Assembly: GCA_951406725.2 (NCBI GenBank) | Contig: OX597818.1 | Location: 145,700,001 to 145,764,000, forward strand | Direction: 5' to 3' | Source of the DNA: Octopus vulgaris | Taxonomy: Eukaryota | DNA: 64,000 nucleotides | Shown here: in pieces, positions 15,903 through 29,280 of the stretch | Numbering within the stretch: the first letter of the stretch is position 1 | How the letters are laid out: the number at the start of each line of letters is the position of its first letter | Notes under the pieces: generated by a model | Told to the model about the DNA's origin: nothing | Seen by the model: only the letters and a program-made list of their open reading frames with translations | Database searches by the model: none | Translations under genes and position numbers: made by a program

Positions 15903-16860
15903 GCATCAATTCAAGTGCTGGGAAAAAGGCCGATTCCATTCCAGGTGGATTTTATCTTAGAACATAGACCAAGCTAAATACTGTTTCAGTTATTAAGGCC
16001 GCTTCTTTAGATAGGTATCAAACCGCAAATTCGGTTGAATTAATACGTTCAATGAATCTGGGGCCAATAGTTGTTAATGTTTTAAGGATAAAAAGTAAAG
16101 TCGATCAAGGCTAGCGACAGTAAAGCAACCAATTATCTTTCTCTTAATTGCCATGTTCTCTCTTTTGTTACGTATTAAGAACTGGGTATTAATATTTAAT
16201 CATGAAATTGATATTTATTCTCAAAATTGGTTTTCATTTTTTCTTTTTTTTTGTAAATGATTTTTTTTTTATTTCCGATAAAAATTTCGAATAATACTTC
16301 GTTACTAATAACTCTCTGGTTGGTTGAGATGATTGGCACTTCACACATATCATGCTCTCGCAAAGGAGAAAGAGTAAAAACTATTATTAATTCTACGAGA
16401 CCTAAATGCAATTGATGGAAGCTTCATGATTAAATTAACAGATGTTTTCTATCAAACATTCGTCATAAGTCAATCCAATCTATACGTACAAGGCCTGAAA
16501 TCTTGAGGAAGGGAGCTAGTCGACGGTACCGATCCCAGAGCTCAACTGGTACTTACTTTATCTACCCTTAAAGGATTCAGGGCAAAGTTCGCTGGTAATT
16601 CTACAGGCTCGCCGTCTTAATAATTTGGCACAAGGCTGGCAAATTTGCTGGCAGGGGTAAGTCGATTATATCGGTCCCAGTACTTAACTGGTCCTTATTT
16701 TATTGAGTCCTAAAGACAGCGGAATTTAATCTCAGAACGTAAAGAACTAGAAAAAATGCCGTCAAGCATTTTGCCGCGAACGATTCCACCTATTCATAAC
16801 CCTTTTAGCAATAACAATAATAATAATAATGATAATGACAATAATAATAATAATAATATT

Positions 16861-17105
16861 TCATATTTTCCTGATTATTCTGGCCGTTCCAAGGAAGCAA
16901 ATCTTTCGTGTCAGTTCTACTGGGCACTCTATTACAATTTCTTTGAAATCCTTCTTGATGCCTTCTGATACTGTTCCCAAGGACCCAACAATAATTGGTA
17001 CTATCTTCACCTTCTTCATTTTCCATAGCCGGGCTATTTCGTACTTATCTATCTTTTCGCCTTCCTTCTTGACTATTCGTGGGTCAAAGGGGCATTCGAC
17101 ATCAA

Positions 17106-17108
<3 letters not shown>
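16861..17108 (-). mobile_element. Second R4/Dong-like RLE 3' fragment (different family)
   Basis: IDVECPFD..EKIDKY..IVPIIVGSLG..LGTARIIRK; embedded between ATT/AAT tracts. Confidence 0.85.
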
Positions 17109-17164
<56 letters not shown>

Positions 17165-17174
17165 ATTATTATTT

Positions 17175-17755
17175 TTTTTTTTTTTTTCATTGCCATCTTC
17201 TTTCAATTCTGTTTCCATTTCTTGCTGAGTGTCTTCCTGACACCTAGGGCAGCGAAATGTATTGTATACATTGGTAGGCCATTAAAATAAGCACAACAGA
17301 TTGTTCATTTACAGACTCATGTGATACAAAAAAAAAGGGGAAGACAGAGAGAAAAAGGAAAAAATAAAAGAGTAAACAAAATAAAATAAAGTGGGGAAAA
17401 GGAAAGAAAAATCACAGCTGCAATGCTCTTCTCAATACGTGTGACATTCAAGTAAAGACAATCTTTTGCACTTCCTGCATGGATGGTAAGCCAGGGATAA
17501 TTCTTAAATAACTTTCTTTTCCTTTTTTTGATCATTCCAAGTGCTCCTACAATCACTGGTATTGTAACTGTCTTGAGATACCACATCCTTTCGATTTCGA
17601 TTAGCAGATCTTTATATTTTCTGAGCTTACCAAAGTCTTTTGCTGAGATATTATGGTCACAGGGTATGTTCATGTCAATCAATAAACAGACTTTATTGCT
17701 TTTGTCTTTCACAGCAATATCTGGTTTATTTTCCTTGATGGTCCGATCTGTACAT
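17175..17755 (-). mobile_element. R4/Dong-like RLE 3' fragment with 3'UTR
   Basis: TDRTIKENKPDIAVKDK..CLLIDMNIPCD..KLRKYKDLLIEIERMW..TIPVIVGALG; (TAA)n on both sides in element orientation. Confidence 0.88.
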
Positions 17756-17778
17756 ACATTACTATTATTATTATTATT

Positions 17779-18141
17779 ATTATTACCTCCGCCTTAGCGA
17801 AGGCGGAGGTATTGTTTCCAGTTGTGTTTGTTTGTTTGTCCGTGGACAAGATATCTCAAGATCCGCTGGATGGATTGGAATAAAACTTTCAGAGATATTT
17901 GACCTCATGACTGACATGAACTGGTTAGATTTTGGGATCGATCCGGTACCAAAAAAGGTTTCTGGATTATTTTTCCTGTTTTTTTTACTTAATTTTTGAG
18001 AGCGGTCGGATTCATTTTTAGTATTCTCGTTCGTGAGAACATTCGAGTTTATTTCAGATATTCCCATTTTAAAAATTATCACTGGCTAATCGTTGAGAGG
18101 ACATCAGTGTTGCCTTGGCGATCTGCGCTCTCTGCGTGCTC

Positions 18142-18142
<1 letters not shown>
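17779..18142 (+). mobile_element. Non-autonomous Helentron-associated element (HINE/DINE-1-like)
   Basis: 5' TTATTACCTCCGCC with 12-bp hairpin TACCTCCGCCTT-agcg-AAGGCGGAGGTA, (GTTT)n microsatellite, core ..GATGGATTGGAATAAAACTT.., 3' CCTTGGCG subterminal repeat plus small stem-loop GCGCTCTCTGCGTGC; inserted in T-rich (TTA)n. Confidence 0.7.
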
Positions 18143-18239
<97 letters not shown>

Positions 18240-18261
18240 GTCGTCGTCGTCGTCGTCGTCG

Positions 18262-18329
<68 letters not shown>

Positions 18330-18519
18330 TCAAACATTTGGTATAAGGCCATCAAAATTACGTCCACCTCAGTACTTAACGGGTACCTTAATTTTATCGA
18401 CCTCGGTATGATGAAAGGCAATTCGATCTCGGTGTATTTGAACTTAGAACGTAATGAGTCAGAAGAAACGCCAGAAAAAGGATTTATCAATTCTTTAATG
18501 AAGTCAATAACGAAACAAC

Positions 18520-19470
18520 AGAACGGAAAAGTGTGGGAGAGACAAATACTACAAAAAAATATAAAAAGATGCACCTGAAATGAAAAAAAAATACTAAAAC
18601 AAACGATCCTTGCTAAAACATAAAGAATCCGTCGGTATGCAAAACGCCAACGACTCTTTTGAACAAAACAAACCGTTTGGCCCCAGACCAAAATAATAAA
18701 ACAAAAGTCAATTAGCCATCAACAGCAAGAAAATTAGGAGAATTTTGGAGTGAATTATGGGCAGCGAAAGATTCACCACGAAAAAGAGTAGTGAAAACAA
18801 TGAACAGTATCAGATCAACTGTAGACGTCTATAGTAAAGACGTAAGCTAGATACTGCAAAACATGAACAAATAGAAGGCATCCAGTCATAGGCATCCACT
18901 CATGATAAGATCCCCACTTCCTGATTAAAATAGTTACCAAAAAAAAAAACACTTAAGGTTGCTACGAAGAAGTTTCAAGAAGGGCACGTTGGATAACGTA
19001 ATCACGGGTAACATAATAATAGGTTCCTGGCAGAGAAATGGACAAGGCGGAAATGACTGGCAGCTCAACAACAACAACAACAAAACTATTTGATCTGAAA
19101 CACTACTTTAACATCGTAGGTATAGCAAGCCTGAAGCCACTCATAAACTACGACTGTAAGTTCCAACATCAAAGTGGATTACAACACTTTAGATTATGAT
19201 TACAACTTCATTCTCAGAATGATATTCATTTCACTCAGGTGATAACAGAAAAAAAGGTGCACAAGATTACAAATAACGTCAATAACTTCTTTAGCAAAAG
19301 CCCAACAACATTGTGTTGGAGAGCAAACCATCAGGAGCAGAGAACAACAATTACTACACATTGAGCGAGTTATCTTACGTCCTTCTGCAAATAGAGAAAT
19401 ACATTTAGCAGTGAGAAAATGTAACACACTGGATTCTTACACCACGTCCACTTCCATACCATAAACGTAA
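18520..19470 (+). mobile_element. Decayed R4-like LINE internal fragment
   Basis: LKQTILAKT*RIRRYAKR..EQNK.F block typical of the pre-RT region of R4-clade ORFs; remainder scrambled. Confidence 0.45.
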
Positions 19471-19483
19471 TGGTGGTGGTAGC

Positions 19484-19712
19484 GAAGAAGGAAGGAAGGA
19501 AGGAAGGAAGGAAGGAAGAAGAAGAAGAAGAAGAAGAAGAAGAAGAAGAGGAAGAGGAAGTGGAAGAAGAAGAAGAAGAAAAAGAAGAAGAAGAAGAAGA
19601 AGAAGAAGAAGAAGAAGAAGAAGAAGAAGAAGAAGAAGAAGAAGAAGAAGAAGAAGAAGAAGAAGAAGAAGAAGAAGAAGAAGAAGAAGAAGAAGAAGAA
19701 GAAGAGGAAGAA
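19484..19712. repeat. (GAA)n polypurine tract
   Basis: Directly visible; another at ~44484-44550. Confidence 0.97.
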
Positions 19713-22659
19713 TTCATCTTCTTAGAATATTGTAACTGTTCAAATATCAAACATGAAAGAATTGGTATGTTATAGAAAATCTGCACTGACATGGATAAGG
19801 ACAGATGCATGTATGTTGGTGTGTTGTGAGATGAAAAAGAGACTAACGAACGAAGAACCCTTTGGCTGAAAAGATAGCTTCTATTCCAACTCAACATACA
19901 ACTTTTAGCTTGTTTTTTGTTGTTGTTTTTTTCTTCCTTATTCTAGATTTGCTAACAAAACAATTAATGACGTAGATAAAACAGTTTGAATAGGAAATGG
20001 AAAATCGTCCTCCTTCCAGCTACAGAAATTACAATACAACAAATATAATACGGAAGTTTGCTTTTTGACTTGACTTAACAACAAACTTATCGACTTGCAA
20101 ATTTCGCTAATCCCACCTCATTAGCAATGTTTAGATAGCTTTTCACTGCAACAGATTTGTCTTAGTATTGATTTCTTTGGACTCGACAACAAATCACATG
20201 CCATAAAATATGTAAGTCACACTATCTATTGTTTTGACTTACACCACAGAACCACAATGCTTTACCATTACTAAACTGTGGCCTAGTAGCCTCTGGCCAA
20301 ATCCTTCTAAAATTTCTATAGTACTATTTTTTCTTCAAAAGTGGCGCTGCATCCATCCTTCGTCATGACGACATTTTACAGCTCAGAGTATCAGAGGCGA
20401 CCATAGTTTTAAAATCGAAGATTATATGTGATGTGCACCTTCCTGTTGTGTACAACTAGGGTATCATGTGATGCAAGATTTGAGCTTATTGACTGGTGAA
20501 GGTACTCTCCATAAATCACTAAGCCTATCACACATTTATTAATACACTTCATTAGAACTATCAGATGCCTGTTTATGATACTGATTCAATGATGGATCAG
20601 GAAAGAAAATTAGCCATTCGTATAGATGAAGATAATAATAGTGTTTAATAACTAGTGAATTAGAGCAGGAATCTTTCAACAGGTGAAGTCTAGAAGCCAA
20701 TTTCAATTGTCAACTAATTCATTTCATTTGTATTGTTAATGTTTGAGATCATACCGAGGTCAACTTTCATTTTCAACTTGCTGCGACTGATAAATCAAGT
20801 GATAAATAATGCAGTCGATATAATCGACTATACTCAGTTCCCTAAATTTAAGACCTTGTTCTCATATTAAAAGTCAGCACTTGAAAAATCTGATAGGAGT
20901 GAAGAGCACTCTTGCTCTTCACTCCTATCAGATTTGTGTCTAGGTCAAAAAGAATCAACAGCAGAAAATTAACAGAAAAATAAATGCACGAATTTTGTTG
21001 TTTTTAATATTTGGTGTATGGCATCCGAAGTAAATTGATGGTATTCAACTGGTCCTTTTATAATCATCAGGTTCTGCTTACTCACTATAGTGATGATTTT
21101 TCACTTACATCACCAATACGTGCTCCAGCCGTAAGGTGGTGCTCCAGCATGGCCTCAGTCAAATGACTGAAACAAGTGAAAGAATAAAAGATTATAAAAC
21201 ATCAAGACTGTCACTACATGACATTCATCGTGTTTTTTAATGCAGGTATTTTAATATTTTGCGCACGTCTCCTATACATGCAAAATATATGCCATAGTAA
21301 GATATATGCATTAATCTGTTGCTTGACTGCAGGTCAGCCTGTCCAGGCAGACCAACGATCAAAGGCATCTCAGTTGTGATAATCCGTACATAGGTTCAGG
21401 TTCAGTGCATCAAAGACTACATCATCTAATGTGAATATATTTTTTAAAATAGTAAAATATGACTAGAGTGAGATTTAGCTACTACTTCTAACAGGTTGAA
21501 CGACTACGTGGAAGCTTCTCGTTGGGTCGTTAAATATTAAGTTACTGAGTTGGGTAGTAAGACTGGATATATAGACAGATATATCAATGTTCTGTTTTCA
21601 AATTTCACCAGAGTATTCTTTACCTTTTATCCCTCTATAGTCGATAATTTTACTATCTCAGCCCTAATCCCAAATGTATTGATTTGACTTGTTGCCAAAT
21701 TAATATATTGGTTTTAGGTATCTACATCTAGTATTTAAATGAAAGAACATGACATCTTAAATATATGACGTGTGTGAAGTGTGTGAAAATATGTATGTAA
21801 GAGTTCTTAAGAAGTTTTGAACGTTAACTAGAATGTTTACAACCATTATTTATTTTAGATGCTTCCTTAATTTTTATTCTGGTTTCAGTTTGTTTATTAT
21901 TATCACTTTTCATTTACGCGCCCAGGCGCGCGTCTCTATAAATTAGCTCTCTTTTCAAAGTTTGTTGCCACATATACAGCCGTGGTTTTCTTACTATTTT
22001 CCCAACTTAATCGTTATTCTTGCTTCTAAAAATGTATATATAACTATCGGAAGATGTGCATTTATATGTGTATGTTGAATGCTTTGTGTATATTGTTCTC
22101 CCATTTAAAATGTTTCTCAACTCTCAAGAGTGTCTGCAAATCCATCAAAAAGCAAACAAAAACTATCGATTATTAAACAAAGTAGATATTTAAAGTAAAG
22201 GGGAAAACTCGAGGAAAGTTTTTCGCCCATATTTAACTGACACTATTAATTCTTCTGCTTTCTCTTGATCTTAATGTTGTGGTTTTTTACGAGACTGATG
22301 ATCTATTTTTTTTAAATACAAATTCCAGTAATATTTTTTTGTCAAACAAGTTTTCTTTACTTTTCAAATGCTACAAAAAAATTAAAACACACACACACTA
22401 CTTACTTCTAATCTTGTCACAAAGCCAGCAATTTTTGAGGGGAGTGAAAAGTTGCTTACATCGATTCCAGGGATCAAATGGTACTTTTTTATCGACCCCG
22501 GAAGGATGAAAGACAAGGTTGACATCGATTGTAGCCGGGAGAAATGCCTTCAAGCGTTTCTATCTGGCGCGCTGGTGATTCTGTCACTCGCTACACACAT
22601 GCACACATACACACACATGCACACATACACACATGTGTATGTATATGTATATATATATC

Positions 22660-22749
<90 letters not shown>

Positions 22750-23369
22750 TGTGTGTATGTATGTATGTGTGTATGTATATATGCACACACTAAGGATCGA
22801 GCCCTGATCCACGTTGCTGTAAAGTTAACTTCCTTGCTGCATAATCACTATAATAAAGTATAAAAGACGATAAATGGAAATTATTTTCTTTTCCATGCAT
22901 CCTTTATGACTGGCATAGTTTTTATTTTTATTTTTATTTTTTGTAAAGTAATGATTTATTGTATATTTATTTATTCCTGTAGTCATAATGGTAATTAAAT
23001 TCCAGTTGCGTATTTCAATCTTAATTGTTGTCATCAATGTAATATTGAATTCTAGTTTTCAATTCATTTATTTATGGAAATCAGGCCAGTTTCTCTTTTC
23101 AAGTCATAAAGAGAGAGGAGAGAGAAACTTCAAATGTCTTGTTTTTTTCTGCCATCGGATTTAGTGACGGTTGTTCTTCAATTGTTATACAAATTTAGCT
23201 ATTTGCCGATGACTTCCATTTTTAAGCCTCTTTCTCTTGGTTTCCCACCACCTCTTCCTACCACCAAAAGAAAACGGATAGCCTAATCAGAGTGATGCTT
23301 CTAAAAGCAACAGATTCGCGACCGTAATTTAATAACAAATAAAGATGGGTTCATTAACGTGTGATGTTG

Positions 23370-23537
23370 TTCACAACGCAGTGCAACTGCAAGCCGACAG
23401 CTAGATGAAGAACGCGAAGAGCCCAAGAACCGAGTATACCTGGCTCACCTAACATGCACGAACACGAAATATTGCTGTAATTGAAATCAATAGAAAAATC
23501 CTCCCAAACTGGAAAATATTGCTTCGACAGGGTAAGA
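23370..23537 (+). other. Candidate non-coding 5' exon
   Basis: Unique, relatively GC/CpG-richer island ending in a good donor AGG|GTAAGA (GT 23532-23533). The 5' boundary is uncertain. Confidence 0.25.
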
Positions 23538-25217
23538 TGTAGACATATATGTGTGCCGATGAATATTTGAGTAATGTGAGCTGAGTCAAGTTGTTATTGA
23601 AATAGTTACAAATTTTACAAGTTATTATTGAAATAGTTACAAATTGCATGTGTTGCGCGCTACTTTCTTTCGTTTGTTTGCGTCATACATTTATGTGTAT
23701 GGGTGTGTGCTGTTGCTCGAATTTAAATGTTCGCGGAAGTGTTTTTTGTTGTTTTGTTGTTGTTTTTTCATTTAAGTTGGTAGTGAAATAGCAGGCTGTT
23801 TAAAGCGTCGAATAGTATTGCTCACGTTATTTTTTCTTGCTATTTATCTGCACTCTGAGTTCAAATCTTACCGAAGTCGACTTTGCTTTTCGGCGGTCAC
23901 TGAAATGAAAAGTATCACTCCAAGCAGAACCGTATGAACATTGTACATGATGCTATGCGGTAACTGTCCCGGAGTTCTGAATTCAAATTCTGTCAAGACC
24001 TATTAGATATGTCGTCCACTTTAACAGCACCACCTTGTGATTTCCTAGCCTTTAGCCAAATTCACTCTAACGATTGTGCCAGCTAACTACCTTGTATTGG
24101 CATGAAATAATAATCGGATATTTGATAATGAAAGCACCATCGATTATTCACTGCACTTCTACTATAATTACTGATAGCATTGTTTTGATGTTTTTACCTT
24201 TTCTCAGATTATTAGAGGATAGTATTGTAAACGTTGAGCTTTATGTAAGGACAAAGACGGACAAAATGCTGCTAAAAACACAAACATAACCACTAACGAG
24301 ACTACCTATCGTTTAGCGGGCAACATGCTCTCACTATACTTTTCTGATGTAAATAATCCCCACTGTAAACCTATGCAGATATATTAAAACTGACACGTAT
24401 TAATGCATTTATTATGTTTCGCTAAGACAGCGAGCTGGCAGAATCTGTAACACGCCGGACAAAATGCTTAGCGGAGCTTTTTTCGTTTTTGCCCTTACAT
24501 AAAGCTCGACGTTTACTATACTATCCTCTAATAATCTTAGAAAAGGTAAAAAAACTAAAACAATGCTATCGGTAATTATAGTAGAAGTGCAGTGAATGAT
24601 CGATGAATGTTTCGTTATTTTGTAGAACTGAGTTTAAACCTTGCAATGGGTTCCGAGAGAAGACGAAATCTTCTTGTAATATGATAAAAAACGAGTGTGG
24701 TGTTTGAAACTATAAGCAGTCGTCCAAATGTACTTGTATCGTCCTTCTCGGTTCTGGACATAAATTCCATTTGAATCTATTATGCTTTCCCTTTCTATGC
24801 TGATAAAATTAAGTATGAGTAATATACAGAGATCAATGTGTTTCAATCGACTATACACTCGTCGTGACGAAAGAAGTCATTATTATACACGACATCCCAA
24901 AAGTCCTTACAGAGATATAGGAACAATCAGATAATCGTTAAAATATGACAAAAGCCTATTTTCCTTGACCTAATTGTTTACAGCATTTTATTTTATTTAT
25001 TTATTTAAGCATGTATAAACAAGTTTGCTGCTTTAGACATGCAGTTTGTCAATATGAAGTTAAGTATGATATGTAAGCAATAAGTGATGATGGGACAGTA
25101 ATGAAGAGGTAGAAAGCAGAGAAGTATGGAGGACGTAACAAAAGAGACAGACAAACAAAAGGAGCTACGAGGGGGAAAGAGAAACAGCCTATAATGAGGT
25201 TCGACGTTACTGTCTTT

Positions 25218-25223
25218 CCTCTT

Positions 25224-25307
<84 letters not shown>

Positions 25308-25346
25308 TGTTATTATTGCTATTATTATTATTATTATTTGTTATTA

Positions 25347-25378
<32 letters not shown>

Positions 25379-25457
25379 TGTTATTATTGTTATTATTATT
25401 ATTATTATTATTATTTGTTATTATTGTTATTATTATTATTATTATTATTTGTTATTA

Positions 25458-25489
<32 letters not shown>

Positions 25490-25501
25490 TGTTATTATTG
25501 C

Positions 25502-25532
<31 letters not shown>

Positions 25533-25562
25533 TATTATTGTTATTATTATTATTATTATTAT
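25218..25562. repeat. (CTT)n then (TTA)n with a recurring TTTGTTATTATTG higher-order unit
   Basis: Directly visible. Confidence 0.95.
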
Positions 25563-26223
25563 TTACATGTCAAAATATCTTCAAACAAATCGTACAATAC
25601 ATGCTCATTGAAAATTAGGAGTGGGGGATGAAATGGCATTTCCCTCCATTCAACAGCCTAGCGAGATTTTCCAGGTAATTTTTCATAATTATGGTGCACT
25701 ATTTACAAATTACTTGTTATTAAAGTAACAATAACATTAATTAAAATTGGAAAATTTCGGCAGGAAACTGCTAATTTGCAACCCTTTGATTTATTTCTTC
25801 AACATTTTTTGGAGAGTAAACAGAAAAACAGAAAAACCAACATTAATTTGTTTTCTTATGGTTGTAAAGCTCTCCTCTTCACATTCTACACGCTAAGAAT
25901 ACATATTGCAACCACAATTTTCATATATGCGACGTTCATTTCTTTCTCAGAGGCATTAACAGCGTCAGTGGTGTGGATTTGTTTCAACCAGTAATCAAAA
26001 TAATTTTGTGAACTCTGTTTGCCAGTTCTAGTTTATCCTATCGTCTTCTTTTTCTTTTTGTTCGCATGAAAGAAGATTATATTGTTGTCTAACTAAACTT
26101 CTAAGACAAAGTTATTGCGATAGTAATTTAAATTTTCCGGATTATTGATTTGTCTTTAATATTCAACTGAAAATCTCATGTTTCTAAGCAGAGCGAAAAC
26201 TATCTTAACTATTAAACTCTATC

Positions 26224-26305
<82 letters not shown>

Positions 26306-29039
26306 CACGCGTGTGTGTATTTACGTAAGAATAAGACATATGTAAACAGTTTGAAATTAGTGTGATCGAATCATCGTGATAAGAAAATCCAAATGATGAA
26401 ATTAATTATCCCAAAATATTAAAATATCAATAATGGCTTCTTTTGAGTGAGATCAAATGGCATTATCCCTTTTGCATAGTCTTTATCGGTTTAAGTGCAG
26501 CGCGTTAGCTTAAACTGCGTTGTGAACAGAGTCCTGAGTTCTTACAGATTGCTCTACGTTTTAATACGTCCATAAGATTAACCTACGTCGTGTATAATGA
26601 CACCAGCGAATGAAATGCCTTTCATTATAATAAAAAGTCATGTATACTTCAAATACTTGACTTGTCATACATCTACGTGATCTATTGTGTAGCTTTTTTT
26701 ATTCTCTGTGCAAATCCTTATTTTTATCACAATCGTGGGTTTTATTGACATTTACCAACACTCATGACATAAGAAAAAAAAAGTGTTTTCAATGAATACA
26801 TTGAGGTATAAACACATTAATGTAAAATGCGTCGGTAAATAATGCTTCTGGCATATCTTTCGTTGCCTGGCATCCAGTATCCTGTTTAATTTGTGTTCAA
26901 ATAAGCTATCTTTCCAACATCTATGAATCGATGCCACTTGTAATCGAGTGTGATCGTTCGTCAAATGTCATCCTCGTTTAGAAAAGGTGCAGATGTTTCA
27001 GGCAGTGCAGAGTCAGACTTTGTGCTTTATACTTTCTTTGATATCTGCGCTGCAAAGTATTTATTCAGCTCCAGAAGACGTCGTCTTTACAACGTGGTTT
27101 TTATTTCCAGTTATCATTTATTTTTATTCACTTCCCATATTTTCCTTTCTCGCTAAGGTTGTTGAACTCTTTTATTCATATCTTCATGTTCTTATGGATA
27201 TGACACTGGTCAAAGCCATGACCTAGTATTCGACGACGCAACCATGCATCATACATTTTTGTCTAGTAGTTTGCTGTTTGAACCACTTCAGGGTACACTT
27301 GATTCCCTAATAAGTATTACATACTACCTGGTCTCTAAGGTGACAGTCGACTGGCAGGTCATTTGTATCCGGTCGCTAATGCTATGGTCCAGCCATTAAA
27401 CATTTAAATCACTCCTCGCTTAAACAACAAGAACAATTTGTTGCTGTAGGTTACCAAAAGCATCGTAAAATTAACAGCTGTTTGTTTAATTGTAGTGCTT
27501 GTAGTACAACTCCTTGCAGGTCTGGGGAAACAAGACCAATTAATTACAAACAAATTTTAACCGGAAACTATATGTAACTCTCTTTATTTTTTAATAATTT
27601 TAGGGAGAAAAAATGTTGATTTGTTTAACAACTTTCGTCTTTTCTTATTTATTCATACAATACTGGTGTTAAGTAGCTCACCGTTTGATTTGGGCTTTAT
27701 TCCCGATTTAATATTGCATGAGACAACTGGTGTGCAAGAGCCTGCTTCACATTAAACCGTTCACATACAAGCATCTACAACCTTGTCACATATTCATTTT
27801 ATCTAGCTTAAGAGAAACAAAAATCAAGTCAGTTTTTTTTTCAATTTTTAATTTTTTTCTTTTTTAGTAAAAGACTATAACTCTGTCGGATAAAAAACAG
27901 TGATTTTGTCCCACGCACCGGTTCTTTGCTGAAAAATAGTATCTGTATTTGGTTAAATTATAAATTATAAGTCATAAGTGTTGGTCACTGATATAAGCCC
28001 CAAATAATGTTAGGTCTTCTGTTCAGCATACTAGATAAAAGACCATTGATCTGAGGGGTGGATCTAATCAATTATATTATTTTATCGATTTTGAAAGGAC
28101 GAAACACAAAGTCAACCACAAGTTTGAGACCACGTTTTGAATTTGCTGCCACTCATCGTCGAGTGAGTGAGTGAGTGAGTGAGTGAGTGAGTGAGTGAGT
28201 GAGTGAGTGAGTGAGTAAGTGAGTGAGTGAGTGAGTGAGTGAGTGAGTGAGTGAGTGAGCGAGCGAGTGAGTGAGTGAGTATGTATACGTGTGTGTGCGT
28301 GTGTGCGTGCGTGCAAGGCGAGAGAGAAGTGGGGGAACAGTCAATAAAATCGACTTTTAACTTAAATGTTACATGTCAACTCAAGCAAAACTGGAATGCA
28401 CAACGTAAATGAATTTAACCGAATACAGATATTTTCTTTTTCTTTTTGTTAACCGTCGATCTAATAATTATGCATTCTACAACCTTGAATATTATAGTAA
28501 CAACAATAATATCTGGGTGCAGCAGATTTACAACAGATTTGGGGAAGTGATGCAGTCGATTCAAATGACCCCCAGAATTTGAGTAATCTATTTAATCGAA
28601 CCTGGATGGTTGATATGCGAGGCAGAGTCATGTTGCGTTTTGAGTTGAAATCGAAACTAAAAGGGATGCATTACATTATCAGAAGGTATCATGTCCATAT
28701 CCGGTCATCCAGTATTCCGATAATAATAGTAATGATAGCACAAGGTCAAAAGTTTGTGGAATGGGTAAGCATCAATCAAATTGATTTGGTGCATACCTGA
28801 TACTTATTTTATAAATCCATGAGGAAAGAAAAATAAAGACAGTTCCAGTAAAATTTGAACTCGGAAGTAACGGAGCTGTCCCACTTTACGTTTGTTCATA
28901 GAATCTCGATAACATTAATACCTGTAATATTCTATGGTAAATCAAGTCAATAATTGGCCTCGGGCCTAAGTAAGAAAGCATTATTTTATTTCTGCGTACT
29001 GAATTCAATTTAACTCTTTTTCATCGTTCATGATTCATG

Positions 29040-29280
29040 GCTGTTTTTGACATGTACTTTCCTAATTTAAACTTCTCTCTACTGAGTGCTTTCAACAGTT
29101 TCTTCAGAAACTGCATCATAACTACATTAACCGGGCTAAAACCTCAACCAGGGAAAGAAAGAAAAAATAGTATTAGTCAAAGTTTATTCTTATTTCTTGT
29201 TCTCCGCAATAAACTGGTTGCGTTATATTGATTTCGAAGCCTCGTGCGTTCAAGAAGTGCGCAGACGAAACAGCTTAATT
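29040..29280 (+). mobile_element. Possible Penelope-like 3' remnant with decayed hammerhead
   Basis: NFSLLS..LKP..SLFLF resembles PLE GIY-YIG C-termini; followed by an imperfect hairpin closed by C-GAAA-CAGCT. Confidence 0.3.

Noticed and set aside
21915-21945. GC-rich motif followed by TATAAA as a promoter
   Set aside because: An isolated motif in AT-rich DNA with no linked exon evidence.
26750-27250. Possible helicase remnant (KAQSLTL on the minus strand)
   Set aside because: A single weak motif without supporting blocks.
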